Source: Draconibacterium sp. (GTDB lineage: Bacteria; Bacteroidota; Bacteroidia; Bacteroidales; Prolixibacteraceae). From it: DNA of 64,000 nucleotides. Below are positions 19,694-27,978 of this stretch, piece by piece (positions within the stretch are counted from its first letter, which is position 1; the number at the start of each line of letters is the position of its first letter). The DNA lies in assembly GCA_011620585.1 (NCBI GenBank), contig WOYV01000111.1, positions 81,544 through 145,543 of the forward strand, given 5' to 3'. The notes beneath the pieces are model-generated. The model was given only the letters and a program-made list of their open reading frames with translations, did not search any database and had not been told where the DNA came from. The position numbers and the translations under genes are program-made.

Positions 19694-19712
19694 TAACTAT
19701 TATCTTTAGGAT

Positions 19713-21530
19713 GTGAAACTAAATCTGACAAAACAATTATTAGTAATTGCTACGCTTTTTATTGGCTGGCTAAATCCTGTTTATGCGCAGGAATGTATCC
19801 CTGCAACTTATTGTAATCCACTCGATATCGACTATACCTACATGGTTTATAACTCGAGCCGGAATATTTCATATCGTTCAGGAGCCGATCCGGCAGTAAT
19901 CGAATTCAGGGGCGAATACTATATGTTTGTTACCCGCTCGTTTGGTTACTGGCATTCTTCCGATTTGGTACACTGGGATTTTATCAAACCAGTGCAATGG
20001 TTTTTTGAAGGGAGCAATGCTCCGACAGCTTTTAATTACAAGGATTCGCTGGTGTATTTTGCAGGCGATCCGGCAGGTTATGGAAGTATACTTTATACCG
20101 ATGATCCTAAAAGCGGGAAATGGACACCAACTGCATCAATTTCAGATAATCTCCAGGATTCGGAATTATTTATTGACGACGACGGGAAAACGTATTTGTA
20201 CTGGGGATCCTCAAATGTATACCCCATTCGGGTGAAGGAGTTGAACAAAGACGACCGGATGCTCGAAACCGGTGTTAAAAAGGACCTGATCAATCTGGAT
20301 GAAGAAGCGCACGGCTGGGAACGTTTTGGAGAAAATAATTTTCACCCTACTTTAAAAGAAGGTTACATGGAAGGTGCGTCGATGACCAAATACAATGGCA
20401 AATACTATTTGCAATATGCGGCGCCGGGAACACAATTCAATGTTTATGGAGATGGCGTTTACATTGGCGATTCGCCGCTTGGTCCATTTACATACATGAA
20501 AAATAACCCCATGTCGTTTAAGCCGGGAGGTTTTACAAATGGCGCCGGGCACGGAATGACACTTAAACAAACCAACGGACAGTACTGGCATTTTGCCACC
20601 ATGGCTTTAGCGTCTAACTCGCACTGGGAACGTCGTTTGTGCATGTTCCCGATTTATTTTGATGAAGATGGGTTAATGCACTCGAACACTTCTTATGGCG
20701 ATTATCCGCGTTTTGGCCCCGATCATCCTGCAAAGGCAGGGCAGCACTGCGGCTGGATGTTGCTTTCCTATAAAGGAAAAACCACAGTTTCTTCATCACG
20801 AATACAGGTTATTAAAAGTACATCCACCGACAATGAATTTGATATCACAGAAATGGCATTGGAGAATAATGGCGATGGTGAAATTATTTCGGAAGTATTG
20901 ACAGATGAAAACCCCAAGTCGTTTTGGGTGGCCGGTGCCAATAATGATCGGCAATGGGTGAAAATCGAAATGCTTCATCCCGGGAAAATTTATGCATTTC
21001 AGCTAAACTATCACGACCATGAATCGGGAATTTATACCCGGGTAGAAGGCTTGCATCATCGATTTGCTATCGAGGTTTCAGGAGACGGCACACAGTGGGA
21101 AACCGTGGTCGACCGGAGTAACAGTTTTAAAGATTCGCCCAATGCTTATATTGTACTAACCCAGCCTGTTGAGGCAAAATTTGTCAGGTATAGAAATGTT
21201 GAGGTTCCTGGAAATAATTTGGCGATGTCCGAAATCCGTGTATTTGGCCTTGGACTTGGGCAGGAACCCGGCGCTGTTAAGAATTTCGTGGTGGAACGTC
21301 AAAACGATCGTCGCGATGCACAGCTTTCGTGGGAGAAAGTGAAAGGTGCTGCGGGATACAACATACGCTGGGGAATCGCCCCCGATAAATTATACAACTC
21401 GTGGCTCGTGTATGAAAAGAACGAATTGTTCATGCGTTGTTTCGATACGGCAACGAGCTACTACATTGCTATTGAAGCGTTCAACGAAAATGGAATTTCG
21501 AAGCAGGGCAAAGTATTAGAAATGAAATAG
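19713..21530 (+). CDS. GH43-like five-bladed propeller glycoside hydrolase with C-terminal F5/8 type C (discoidin) and FN3-like domains
   Basis: GTG start at 19713 and a signal peptide ending VYAQE. GH43-type blocks SGADPAVIEFRGEYYMFVT, WGSSNVYPIRVKELNKDD and EGASMTKYNGKYYLQYAAPG. Discoidin-like WVKIEMLHPGKIYAFQLNY...FVRYRNVEVPGNNLAMSEIRVFG. FN3-like tail. Confidence 0.7.
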   Translation: MKLNLTKQLLVIATLFIGWLNPVYAQECIPATYCNPLDIDYTYMVYNSSRNISYRSGADPAVIEFRGEYYMFVTRSFGYWHSSDLVHWDFIKPVQWFFEGSNAPTAFNYKDSLVYFAGDPAGYGSILYTDDPKSGKWTPTASISDNLQDSELFIDDDGKTYLYWGSSNVYPIRVKELNKDDRMLETGVKKDLINLDEEAHGWERFGENNFHPTLKEGYMEGASMTKYNGKYYLQYAAPGTQFNVYGDGVYIGDSPLGPFTYMKNNPMSFKPGGFTNGAGHGMTLKQTNGQYWHFATMALASNSHWERRLCMFPIYFDEDGLMHSNTSYGDYPRFGPDHPAKAGQHCGWMLLSYKGKTTVSSSRIQVIKSTSTDNEFDITEMALENNGDGEIISEVLTDENPKSFWVAGANNDRQWVKIEMLHPGKIYAFQLNYHDHESGIYTRVEGLHHRFAIEVSGDGTQWETVVDRSNSFKDSPNAYIVLTQPVEAKFVRYRNVEVPGNNLAMSEIRVFGLGLGQEPGAVKNFVVERQNDRRDAQLSWEKVKGAAGYNIRWGIAPDKLYNSWLVYEKNELFMRCFDTATSYYIAIEAFNENGISKQGKVLEMK

Positions 21531-21550
21531 AAATTAAAATAACATAACAT

Positions 21551-23839
21551 ATGAAGCGGTTTGGAATTTTGGTTATTGCGATGGTAATGCTGGCTGCATG
21601 TCAGCAAAAATCAAGCACTTCGGGTAATTCCGAAATGGATGGCTTTGTTTCTGATCTGATGGCAAAGATGACACTTCAGGAAAAGATTGGCCAGCTAAAC
21701 CTGGTCACTCCCGGTGGTGGAATCCCAACCGGTTCGGTGGTAAGTACCGATCTGGAAGCCAAAATTAAGGCAGGAAACGTTGGTGGAATATTTGGTATTT
21801 CGGGCCCCGAACGTTTGCGCGAAACACAACGAATGGCTGTTGATGAAAGCCGCCTGGGAATTCCAATGATTTTTGGGTTTGATGTAATCCATGGATATAA
21901 AACTATTTTTCCAATTCCGCTTGGTTTATCGTGTAGCTGGGATATCAAACGACTGGAAGAAATAGCGCACATTGCCGCAGTTGAATCTACCGCCGACGGT
22001 GTCTTCTGGACTTTCTCACCAATGGTCGACATTTCCCGCGATCCGCGCTGGGGGCGTATTTCAGAAAGTTCGGGCGAAGACCCTTATTTGGGTTCTGCCA
22101 TTGCACAAGCTTTGGTAAAAGGCTACCAGGGCGACGATTTGGGCAACAATAAAACCATGATGGCCTGTGTAAAACACTTTGCATTATATGGAGCAGCCGA
22201 GGCCGGTCGCGATTATAATTCAGTTGATATGAGCCATCTCCGCATGTTTAACGATTATTTTCCCCCGTACAAAGCGGCAATTGAGGCAGGGGTGGAGAGT
22301 GTTATGTCATCGTTTAACGATGTAGATGGTGTTCCGTCGAGTGCAAATAAATGGTTGCTCACCGATGTGCTGCGCGATATGTGGGGATTCAACGGCTTTG
22401 TTGTTTCCGATTATACATCAGTCAACGAGATGGTAGCACACGGCCTGGGCGATCTGCAGGAGGTTTCGGCATTAGCCTTAAAAGCGGGTCTTGATATGGA
22501 TATGGTAGGGGAAGGGTTTCTTACCACACTCGAAAAATCGCTTAAAGAAGGTAAAATTGTGGAGGCAGATATCAACAGAGCTTGTCGTCGCGTTTTGGAA
22601 GCTAAATATAAACTGGGCTTGTTCGACGATCCTTATCGTTATTTCGACGATTCCCGTCCGGCGAGTGATATTCTTACCAAAGAAAATCGCACGGCGGCCC
22701 GCGAAATGGCAGCTCGTACTATGGTTTTGTTGAAGAACGAAAAACAAGTACTTCCGCTAAAAAAATCGGGGACGGTTGCCTTAATTGGGCCGCTGGCCGA
22801 CAGCCGAAACAACATGCTGGGAACCTGGGCCCCAACCGGCGACCCCGGTTTTGCGGTAACCGTACTCGAAGGTTTTCAGAATGTTTTGGGAGATCAGGCT
22901 AAAATTCTTTATGCCAAAGGCGCCAATATTTGTAATGACCCCGAGTTTGCAGCTAAAATCAATGTTTTCGGACCAAAGATTGAAATCGACGAACGTTCTC
23001 CCGAAAGTATGCTTCAGGAAGCAGTTTCGGTTTCGAAAAGAGCGGACGTGGTTGTTGCCGTGGTGGGTGAAGCTTCTGAAATGACCGGGGAATCAGCAAG
23101 TCGTTCAGATATTTCGTTGCCATGGAGCCAGAAAAAATTATTACAGGAACTGGCTAAAACCGGCAAGCCGCTTGTGGTTGTAAACATGAGCGGACGCCCG
23201 ATGACTATCGCCGGTGAAGTCGAACTGGCTGATGCCTTTTTGCAAATGTGGCATGCCGGAGTGGAAACCGGGAACGCTCTTGCCGATGTCCTTTTTGGCG
23301 ACTATAATCCATCCGGTAAACTTACGGCTACTTTCCCGCGCAATGTCGGCCAGGTTCCGATTTATTACAGCATCCGGAATACAGGACGTCCGCAAGGTGG
23401 GGATACATTTCAGAAATTCAGATCGAATTACCTCGATGTTCAGAACACGCCACTTTTTCCCTTTGGTTACGGATTGAGTTACACTTCGTTTAAATATAAA
23501 GAACTGGCGATTGATAAATCAACAATCAGCAATATGGATGAATTAAGCATTTCAGTTTCGGTTACCAATACTGGGGATTTCGATGGTGAAGAAGTGGTCC
23601 AGCTCTATGTTCGCGATATGGTAGCTTCGATTACTCCACCGCTTCGTTTATTAAAAGGGTTCCAAAAAATATTCATCCCGAAGGGAGACACCAAAGAAGT
23701 TGTATTCAAAATTAGGGCCGCTGATCTGGCTTTTTACCATCCCGACATGAAATTTTATGCCGAGCCCGGCGAGTTTACTGTTTTTGTTGGCGGCGATTCC
23801 AACGCTTCCTTGTCGCAGACTTTTTCTTTGGTAAACTAA
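21551..23839 (+). CDS. bglX: GH3 family beta-glucosidase (BglX-like) lipoprotein
   Basis: Lipoprotein signal MLAACQQ. GH3 blocks KIGQLN, GIPMIFGFDVIHGY, SPMVDISRDPRWGRISES, KHFALYGAAEAGRDYN and GFVVSDY (nucleophile Asp region). C-terminal FN3-like domain. 762 aa. Confidence 0.9.
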   Translation: MKRFGILVIAMVMLAACQQKSSTSGNSEMDGFVSDLMAKMTLQEKIGQLNLVTPGGGIPTGSVVSTDLEAKIKAGNVGGIFGISGPERLRETQRMAVDESRLGIPMIFGFDVIHGYKTIFPIPLGLSCSWDIKRLEEIAHIAAVESTADGVFWTFSPMVDISRDPRWGRISESSGEDPYLGSAIAQALVKGYQGDDLGNNKTMMACVKHFALYGAAEAGRDYNSVDMSHLRMFNDYFPPYKAAIEAGVESVMSSFNDVDGVPSSANKWLLTDVLRDMWGFNGFVVSDYTSVNEMVAHGLGDLQEVSALALKAGLDMDMVGEGFLTTLEKSLKEGKIVEADINRACRRVLEAKYKLGLFDDPYRYFDDSRPASDILTKENRTAAREMAARTMVLLKNEKQVLPLKKSGTVALIGPLADSRNNMLGTWAPTGDPGFAVTVLEGFQNVLGDQAKILYAKGANICNDPEFAAKINVFGPKIEIDERSPESMLQEAVSVSKRADVVVAVVGEASEMTGESASRSDISLPWSQKKLLQELAKTGKPLVVVNMSGRPMTIAGEVELADAFLQMWHAGVETGNALADVLFGDYNPSGKLTATFPRNVGQVPIYYSIRNTGRPQGGDTFQKFRSNYLDVQNTPLFPFGYGLSYTSFKYKELAIDKSTISNMDELSISVSVTNTGDFDGEEVVQLYVRDMVASITPPLRLLKGFQKIFIPKGDTKEVVFKIRAADLAFYHPDMKFYAEPGEFTVFVGGDSNASLSQTFSLVN

Positions 23840-23879
23840 ACTTTGCGTCGTATTTTGGGTGACTTAAAGATCATTCTAC

Positions 23880-24983
23880 ATGCACATCGACGGGAAACAT
23901 TATCATACCATTTGGGTAAAGGAAGACGATTCAAAAATCATTCAGGTGATTGATCAGCGTCTGCTTCCTTTTCGCTTTGGTATTTATGATCTGAAAACCG
24001 TGGAAGATACCTATTTTGCCATTCGCGAAATGATAGTTCGCGGCGCACCTTTGATAGGTGTTACCGCAGCATACGGAATGTACCTCGCTTTGCTCGAATT
24101 TACAGGAGGCGATTTAAAAAAACATTTACACGAAAAGGCGGACTATCTCAAGTCATCGCGCCCCACTGCGGTGAACCTGGCCTTTGCCGTTGACCAAATG
24201 GTGGATTTTGTACTCGAACATCGATTGGTTGATGATTTGGCGGGAAAAACTTTGCAGAAAGCAAATCAGTTAAAAGCAAGCGAAATCGACTTTGGAGATA
24301 AAATTGGCGAAACCGGTTTGACAATCATCGAGGAGTTGTATAAAAAGAAAGGCGACACCATAAATATCCTGACACACTGTAATGCCGGCTGGTTAGCATG
24401 CATTGATTGGGGAACTGCCACCGCACCTGTTTACAAAGCACATTTACAAGGAATTCCTGTGCATGTTTGGGTCGATGAAACCCGCCCGCGTAACCAGGGT
24501 GCGCGTCTGACGGCTTATGAACTCGGTCAGGAAGGTGTTCCTCACACCGTAATTACGGATAACACCGGAGGACATTTAATGCAACACGGGTTGGTTGATA
24601 TGGTGATCGTGGGCAGTGACCGCACAACCATCAACGGCGACGTAGCCAACAAAATAGGCACTTACTTAAAAGCGCTTGCCGCAAACGACAACTCAGTGCC
24701 TTTTTACGTGGCATTGCCTTCATCGACCTTCGACCCTGATCTCGAGGACGGAATCAGGGACATTCCAATTGAAGAAAGAAATGCTGCAGAAGTAGCCGAA
24801 ATTGAAGGCTGGGATGGAAGTGAAACACGAACTGTTAGGTTGATTCCTGAGAAAAGCAAAGTAGCTAATTTTGGTTTCGACGTAACTCCCGCACGGCTCG
24901 TAACCGGTTTGATCACCGAACGTGGTTTGTGCGAAGCAAATAAACAAAGTATTCAATATTTATTTCCCGAATTTAAAAAATGA
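23880..24983 (+). CDS. mtnA: S-methyl-5-thioribose-1-phosphate isomerase
   Basis: eIF-2B alpha/beta/delta-like. Motifs VIDQRLLPF, AIREMIVRGAPLIGVTAAYG, RPTAVNL, THCNAG, VDETRPRNQGARLTA and VGSDRTTINGDVANKIGTY. Confidence 0.9.
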   Translation: MHIDGKHYHTIWVKEDDSKIIQVIDQRLLPFRFGIYDLKTVEDTYFAIREMIVRGAPLIGVTAAYGMYLALLEFTGGDLKKHLHEKADYLKSSRPTAVNLAFAVDQMVDFVLEHRLVDDLAGKTLQKANQLKASEIDFGDKIGETGLTIIEELYKKKGDTINILTHCNAGWLACIDWGTATAPVYKAHLQGIPVHVWVDETRPRNQGARLTAYELGQEGVPHTVITDNTGGHLMQHGLVDMVIVGSDRTTINGDVANKIGTYLKALAANDNSVPFYVALPSSTFDPDLEDGIRDIPIEERNAAEVAEIEGWDGSETRTVRLIPEKSKVANFGFDVTPARLVTGLITERGLCEANKQSIQYLFPEFKK

Positions 24984-25729
24984 CAAAAATTGCGATCATT
25001 GGCGGTTCAGGTTTGGAAGACCCGGCTATTTTGCAAAATCCGCAGGACATAGAAGTAGGAACTCCATTTGGCAAGCCTTCGTCGGGCTTTAAGTGCGGAA
25101 CAATTGCCAGTGTTGAAGTTGCCATTCTTTCCCGTCACGGAAGGGATCATTCCATCCCGCCAACACAGGTGAACAACCGTGCGAATATTTGGGCAATAAA
25201 GGAAATCGGCTGCACACATATTTTGGTAACCACCGCCTGTGGAAGCCTGCGCCAGGAAATTGATCGCGGACACCTGGTTATTCTCGATCAGTTTATCGAT
25301 TTTACCCGTCACCGGGAAGTTACTTTTCACAATCAATTTGAGAACGGCGTTTTGAACCACACACCCATGGCCGACCCGTTTAACCAGGATTTAAGAGAAA
25401 AACTGATTGAAAAAGCCATTGAACTTGGACTCCCGTTCCATAAAAAAGGAACCGTGATTACTATTGAAGGGCCACGATTTTCGACACGCGCCGAGTCGAA
25501 TATGTTTCGGATATGGGGAGCCGATGTGATCAATATGTCGACAGCGCCCGAATGTATTCTGGCTAACGAGTTGGGAATTCCGTATGCCGCCGTTGCCTTG
25601 AGCACTGATTACGACTGCTGGAAAACCGATGAAGAACCCGTAACCTGGGAAGAAGTACTCGCGGTTTTTCAACATAATGTGGAAAATGTAATCCGGCTCC
25701 TGACAGCCACAATCCAGGATATTCGTTAA
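24980..25729 (+). CDS. mtnP: S-methyl-5'-thioadenosine phosphorylase
   Basis: ATGA overlap with mtnA. PNP/MTAP motifs IAIIGGSGL, LSRHGRDHSIPPTQVNNRANIWA, TTACGSL, VILDQFIDFT, EGPRFSTRAES and GADVINMST. Confidence 0.9.
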   Translation: MTKIAIIGGSGLEDPAILQNPQDIEVGTPFGKPSSGFKCGTIASVEVAILSRHGRDHSIPPTQVNNRANIWAIKEIGCTHILVTTACGSLRQEIDRGHLVILDQFIDFTRHREVTFHNQFENGVLNHTPMADPFNQDLREKLIEKAIELGLPFHKKGTVITIEGPRFSTRAESNMFRIWGADVINMSTAPECILANELGIPYAAVALSTDYDCWKTDEEPVTWEEVLAVFQHNVENVIRLLTATIQDIR

Positions 25730-25880
25730 AATTCTTAAAAAGTAGAACCCTGTATTTCTCACTGGCATGGCATTTGTTTTTCAACTACAAATGCTTCAAA
25801 GCCATGTAAGCAGTTTTTAATACCGTTCAGTTAGTACTATTATATATCCAACTAATAAAGGTTGGGCACACAATTTTCCG

Positions 25881-25909
25881 GCGGCTTCTTAACAAAGGCC
25901 GCTTTTTTT
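25881..25909 (+). terminator. Rho-independent-type terminator about 150 nt downstream of mtnP
   Basis: GCGGC (25881-25885) pairs with GCCGC (25898-25902), followed by T7 (25903-25909). Confidence 0.5.
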
Positions 25910-25947
25910 ATTAAAAGAATCACACACACAAAATACAGTACTGTTTT

Positions 25948-26157
25948 TTAACCGTCGTATTTGAATGAAACCTTTAGTTTTACACGATATGCTTCAACTT
26001 TCCCGTTATTTAACTGCATATCCATTTGGCAAACTTCTGCAACTCTGAGATCGCGTAACGATTTTGACGCAAGTTCAATGGCGTTGGTAGCTGCTTTTTC
26101 CCATGATTCAGGGCTACTCCCTACCAGTTCGATGATTTTATATACACTGTTTGGCAT
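25948..26157 (-). CDS. Dodecin family flavin-binding protein
   Basis: 69 aa. VYKIIELVGSSPESWEKAATNAIELASKSLRDLRVAEV...VEAYRVKLKVSF is the canonical dodecin pattern. Confidence 0.85.
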   Translation of the reverse strand: MPNSVYKIIELVGSSPESWEKAATNAIELASKSLRDLRVAEVCQMDMQLNNGKVEAYRVKLKVSFKYDG

Positions 26158-26480
26158 AACAAATAATTTTAGGTTATTATTAAAAGTAATCGAAGATGGA
26201 TTCTGGTACGATGCAATGAATGAAAAGTTCTCTTTTTATTATAATTTTACCGATAACAAATTATGGAAAAGGCTATGTAAAGTATTGTGGATCAAAATTT
26301 CAATGCAGCTCTCAATTTCCAGGAACCAACGAATAATAAACTAGTTTAAAGAGCATGAACAAACTATTCTTCCTTTTATTTTTCTTCTGCTCCTCCTGTA
26401 TCAGAAATCCAATTTACTTACTCAATGATTTGCTTATGATATTGGCTGCACAGCAATTACTCTCTGAAAACTAATAGGAT

Positions 26481-27737
26481 ATGAAGAAGATTTTAATAAT
26501 TTTTATTGGCATTACAACGCAACTGTTCTACACCGCAAGTGCACAGGTTTCTTCCGAAAAAAAGGTTTCAAGGCTGGTAAACGAAACGACACAAAACCTG
26601 AAAAGCAACATCCTTCCTTTCTGGGAAAAATATTCGCCTGATCCGGATGGTGGTTTTTATGGTACAGTCCTTAACGATGGTACTGCTGTGCCCGATGCTG
26701 CAAAAGGATGTGTATTGAATGCCCGAATTTTGTGGACTTTCTCCAGAGCTTATCAACTGTTTGGCAATGATCGTTATAAAGAATTGGCAAACAGAGCTCA
26801 AAATTATTTTCTGCAATATTTCATCGATACAGAATATGGCGGTGCATTTTGGTCGGTAAAAGCGGATGGAAAACCATTGGATGACAACAAACAAACCTAC
26901 GGGATTGCTTTTGCGATTTATGGATTAGCCGAACATTACCGGGCAACGGGGAATAAGGAAAGTCTAAATCAGGCAATCAAATTATATAAAACGCTTGAAA
27001 AGCAGGCTTATGATCCTGTAAACGGAGGTTATATCGAATCGTTTATGAGAGATTGGAAAACCCCGGAACGTTTTGGTTACGATGGAACCGGCATTGCCTC
27101 GAAAACAATGAACACACATTTGCACGTACTTGAAGCTTACACGCTTTTATATAAAGTCTGGCCTGATTCCGGGCTTGAAAAACAATTAAGGGGATTAATC
27201 GGCATTTTTCTGGAAAAAATAATTGATCAGCAGACCTGGCATCAACGACTTTTTCTCACAAAAGAATGGGAAAATATTGAGGATATTGATTCGTACGGAC
27301 ACGATGTTGAATTGTCATGGTTGTTTCTTGAAGCTGCCGAAGTTCTGAAAGATGAATCGATGGTAAAGCAGGCAAAAACAATAGCCATAAATCTTGTGGA
27401 TGTCCAAATGAAAGAGGGTTTAAATCCGGACGGTTCGCTACAATATGAAAGAGACAACGGGGAGCTAAAAGGGGGACTGGAGTGGTGGCCCCAGGCCGAG
27501 TCAGTTACTGCTTTTTTCAATGCCTGGCAAATAACAGGGGATCAAAAGTATTTGAAAGCTTCTGTAAAAACATGGGAATGGATCAAAACCAATCTTGTTG
27601 ACAATAAATACGGCGAATGGTACGGTGGGCTTGATCCCGATGGCAAGCCAAATACAAAGCGGCCAAAAGTAAATATGTGGAAATGCCCCTATCATAACAG
27701 CCGAATGGCCTTTGAATTGTACGAGAGGAAGCAATAG
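26481..27737 (+). CDS. AGE (N-acylglucosamine 2-epimerase / cellobiose 2-epimerase-like) family (alpha/alpha)6 protein with N-terminal signal peptide
   Basis: Signal peptide MKKILIIFIGITTQLFYTASAQ. AGE-like blocks ILPFWEKYSPDPDGGFYG, NARILWTFSRAY, GGAFWSV, KQTYGIAFAIYGLAEHY, MNTHLHVLEAYT, YGHDVELSWL and WWPQAESVTAF. Confidence 0.7.
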   Translation: MKKILIIFIGITTQLFYTASAQVSSEKKVSRLVNETTQNLKSNILPFWEKYSPDPDGGFYGTVLNDGTAVPDAAKGCVLNARILWTFSRAYQLFGNDRYKELANRAQNYFLQYFIDTEYGGAFWSVKADGKPLDDNKQTYGIAFAIYGLAEHYRATGNKESLNQAIKLYKTLEKQAYDPVNGGYIESFMRDWKTPERFGYDGTGIASKTMNTHLHVLEAYTLLYKVWPDSGLEKQLRGLIGIFLEKIIDQQTWHQRLFLTKEWENIEDIDSYGHDVELSWLFLEAAEVLKDESMVKQAKTIAINLVDVQMKEGLNPDGSLQYERDNGELKGGLEWWPQAESVTAFFNAWQITGDQKYLKASVKTWEWIKTNLVDNKYGEWYGGLDPDGKPNTKRPKVNMWKCPYHNSRMAFELYERKQ

Positions 27738-27772
27738 ATCTCTTCCCTGATAATCCATGTTTAAATTTTTGT

Positions 27773-27973
27773 TTGCAGGCCACCGAGCTCGGACTTGGTA
27801 CCTGCATGATCGGCTGGTTTGATGAAAAACGTATCCAGGAACTTTTAAGCATTCCTTCAAACAGAAAAGTTGCGCTTGTAATCACTTTAGGATATCCGCC
27901 CGCAGATTACAGGCTTCGCAAAAAGATTCGTAAACCTTTGGATGAGATCGTAAGTTTTAATTCCTACAAATAA
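27773..27973 (+). pseudogene. Nitroreductase family C-terminal fragment (gene remnant)
   Basis: Only about 66 codons are present. LQATELGLGTCMIGWFDEKRIQELLSIPSNRKVALVITLGYPPADY matches the last third of NfnB/NfsA-type nitroreductases. The N-terminal ~120 aa are absent, and the preceding gene ends only 35 nt upstream. Confidence 0.65.
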
Positions 27974-27978
27974 GCCAC

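Noticed and set aside
25961-26344. 127-aa plus-strand ORF overlapping the dodecin gene and the AT-rich spacer
   Set aside because: It is antisense to a textbook dodecin ORF for half its length, and the remainder is an AT-rich intergenic translation.
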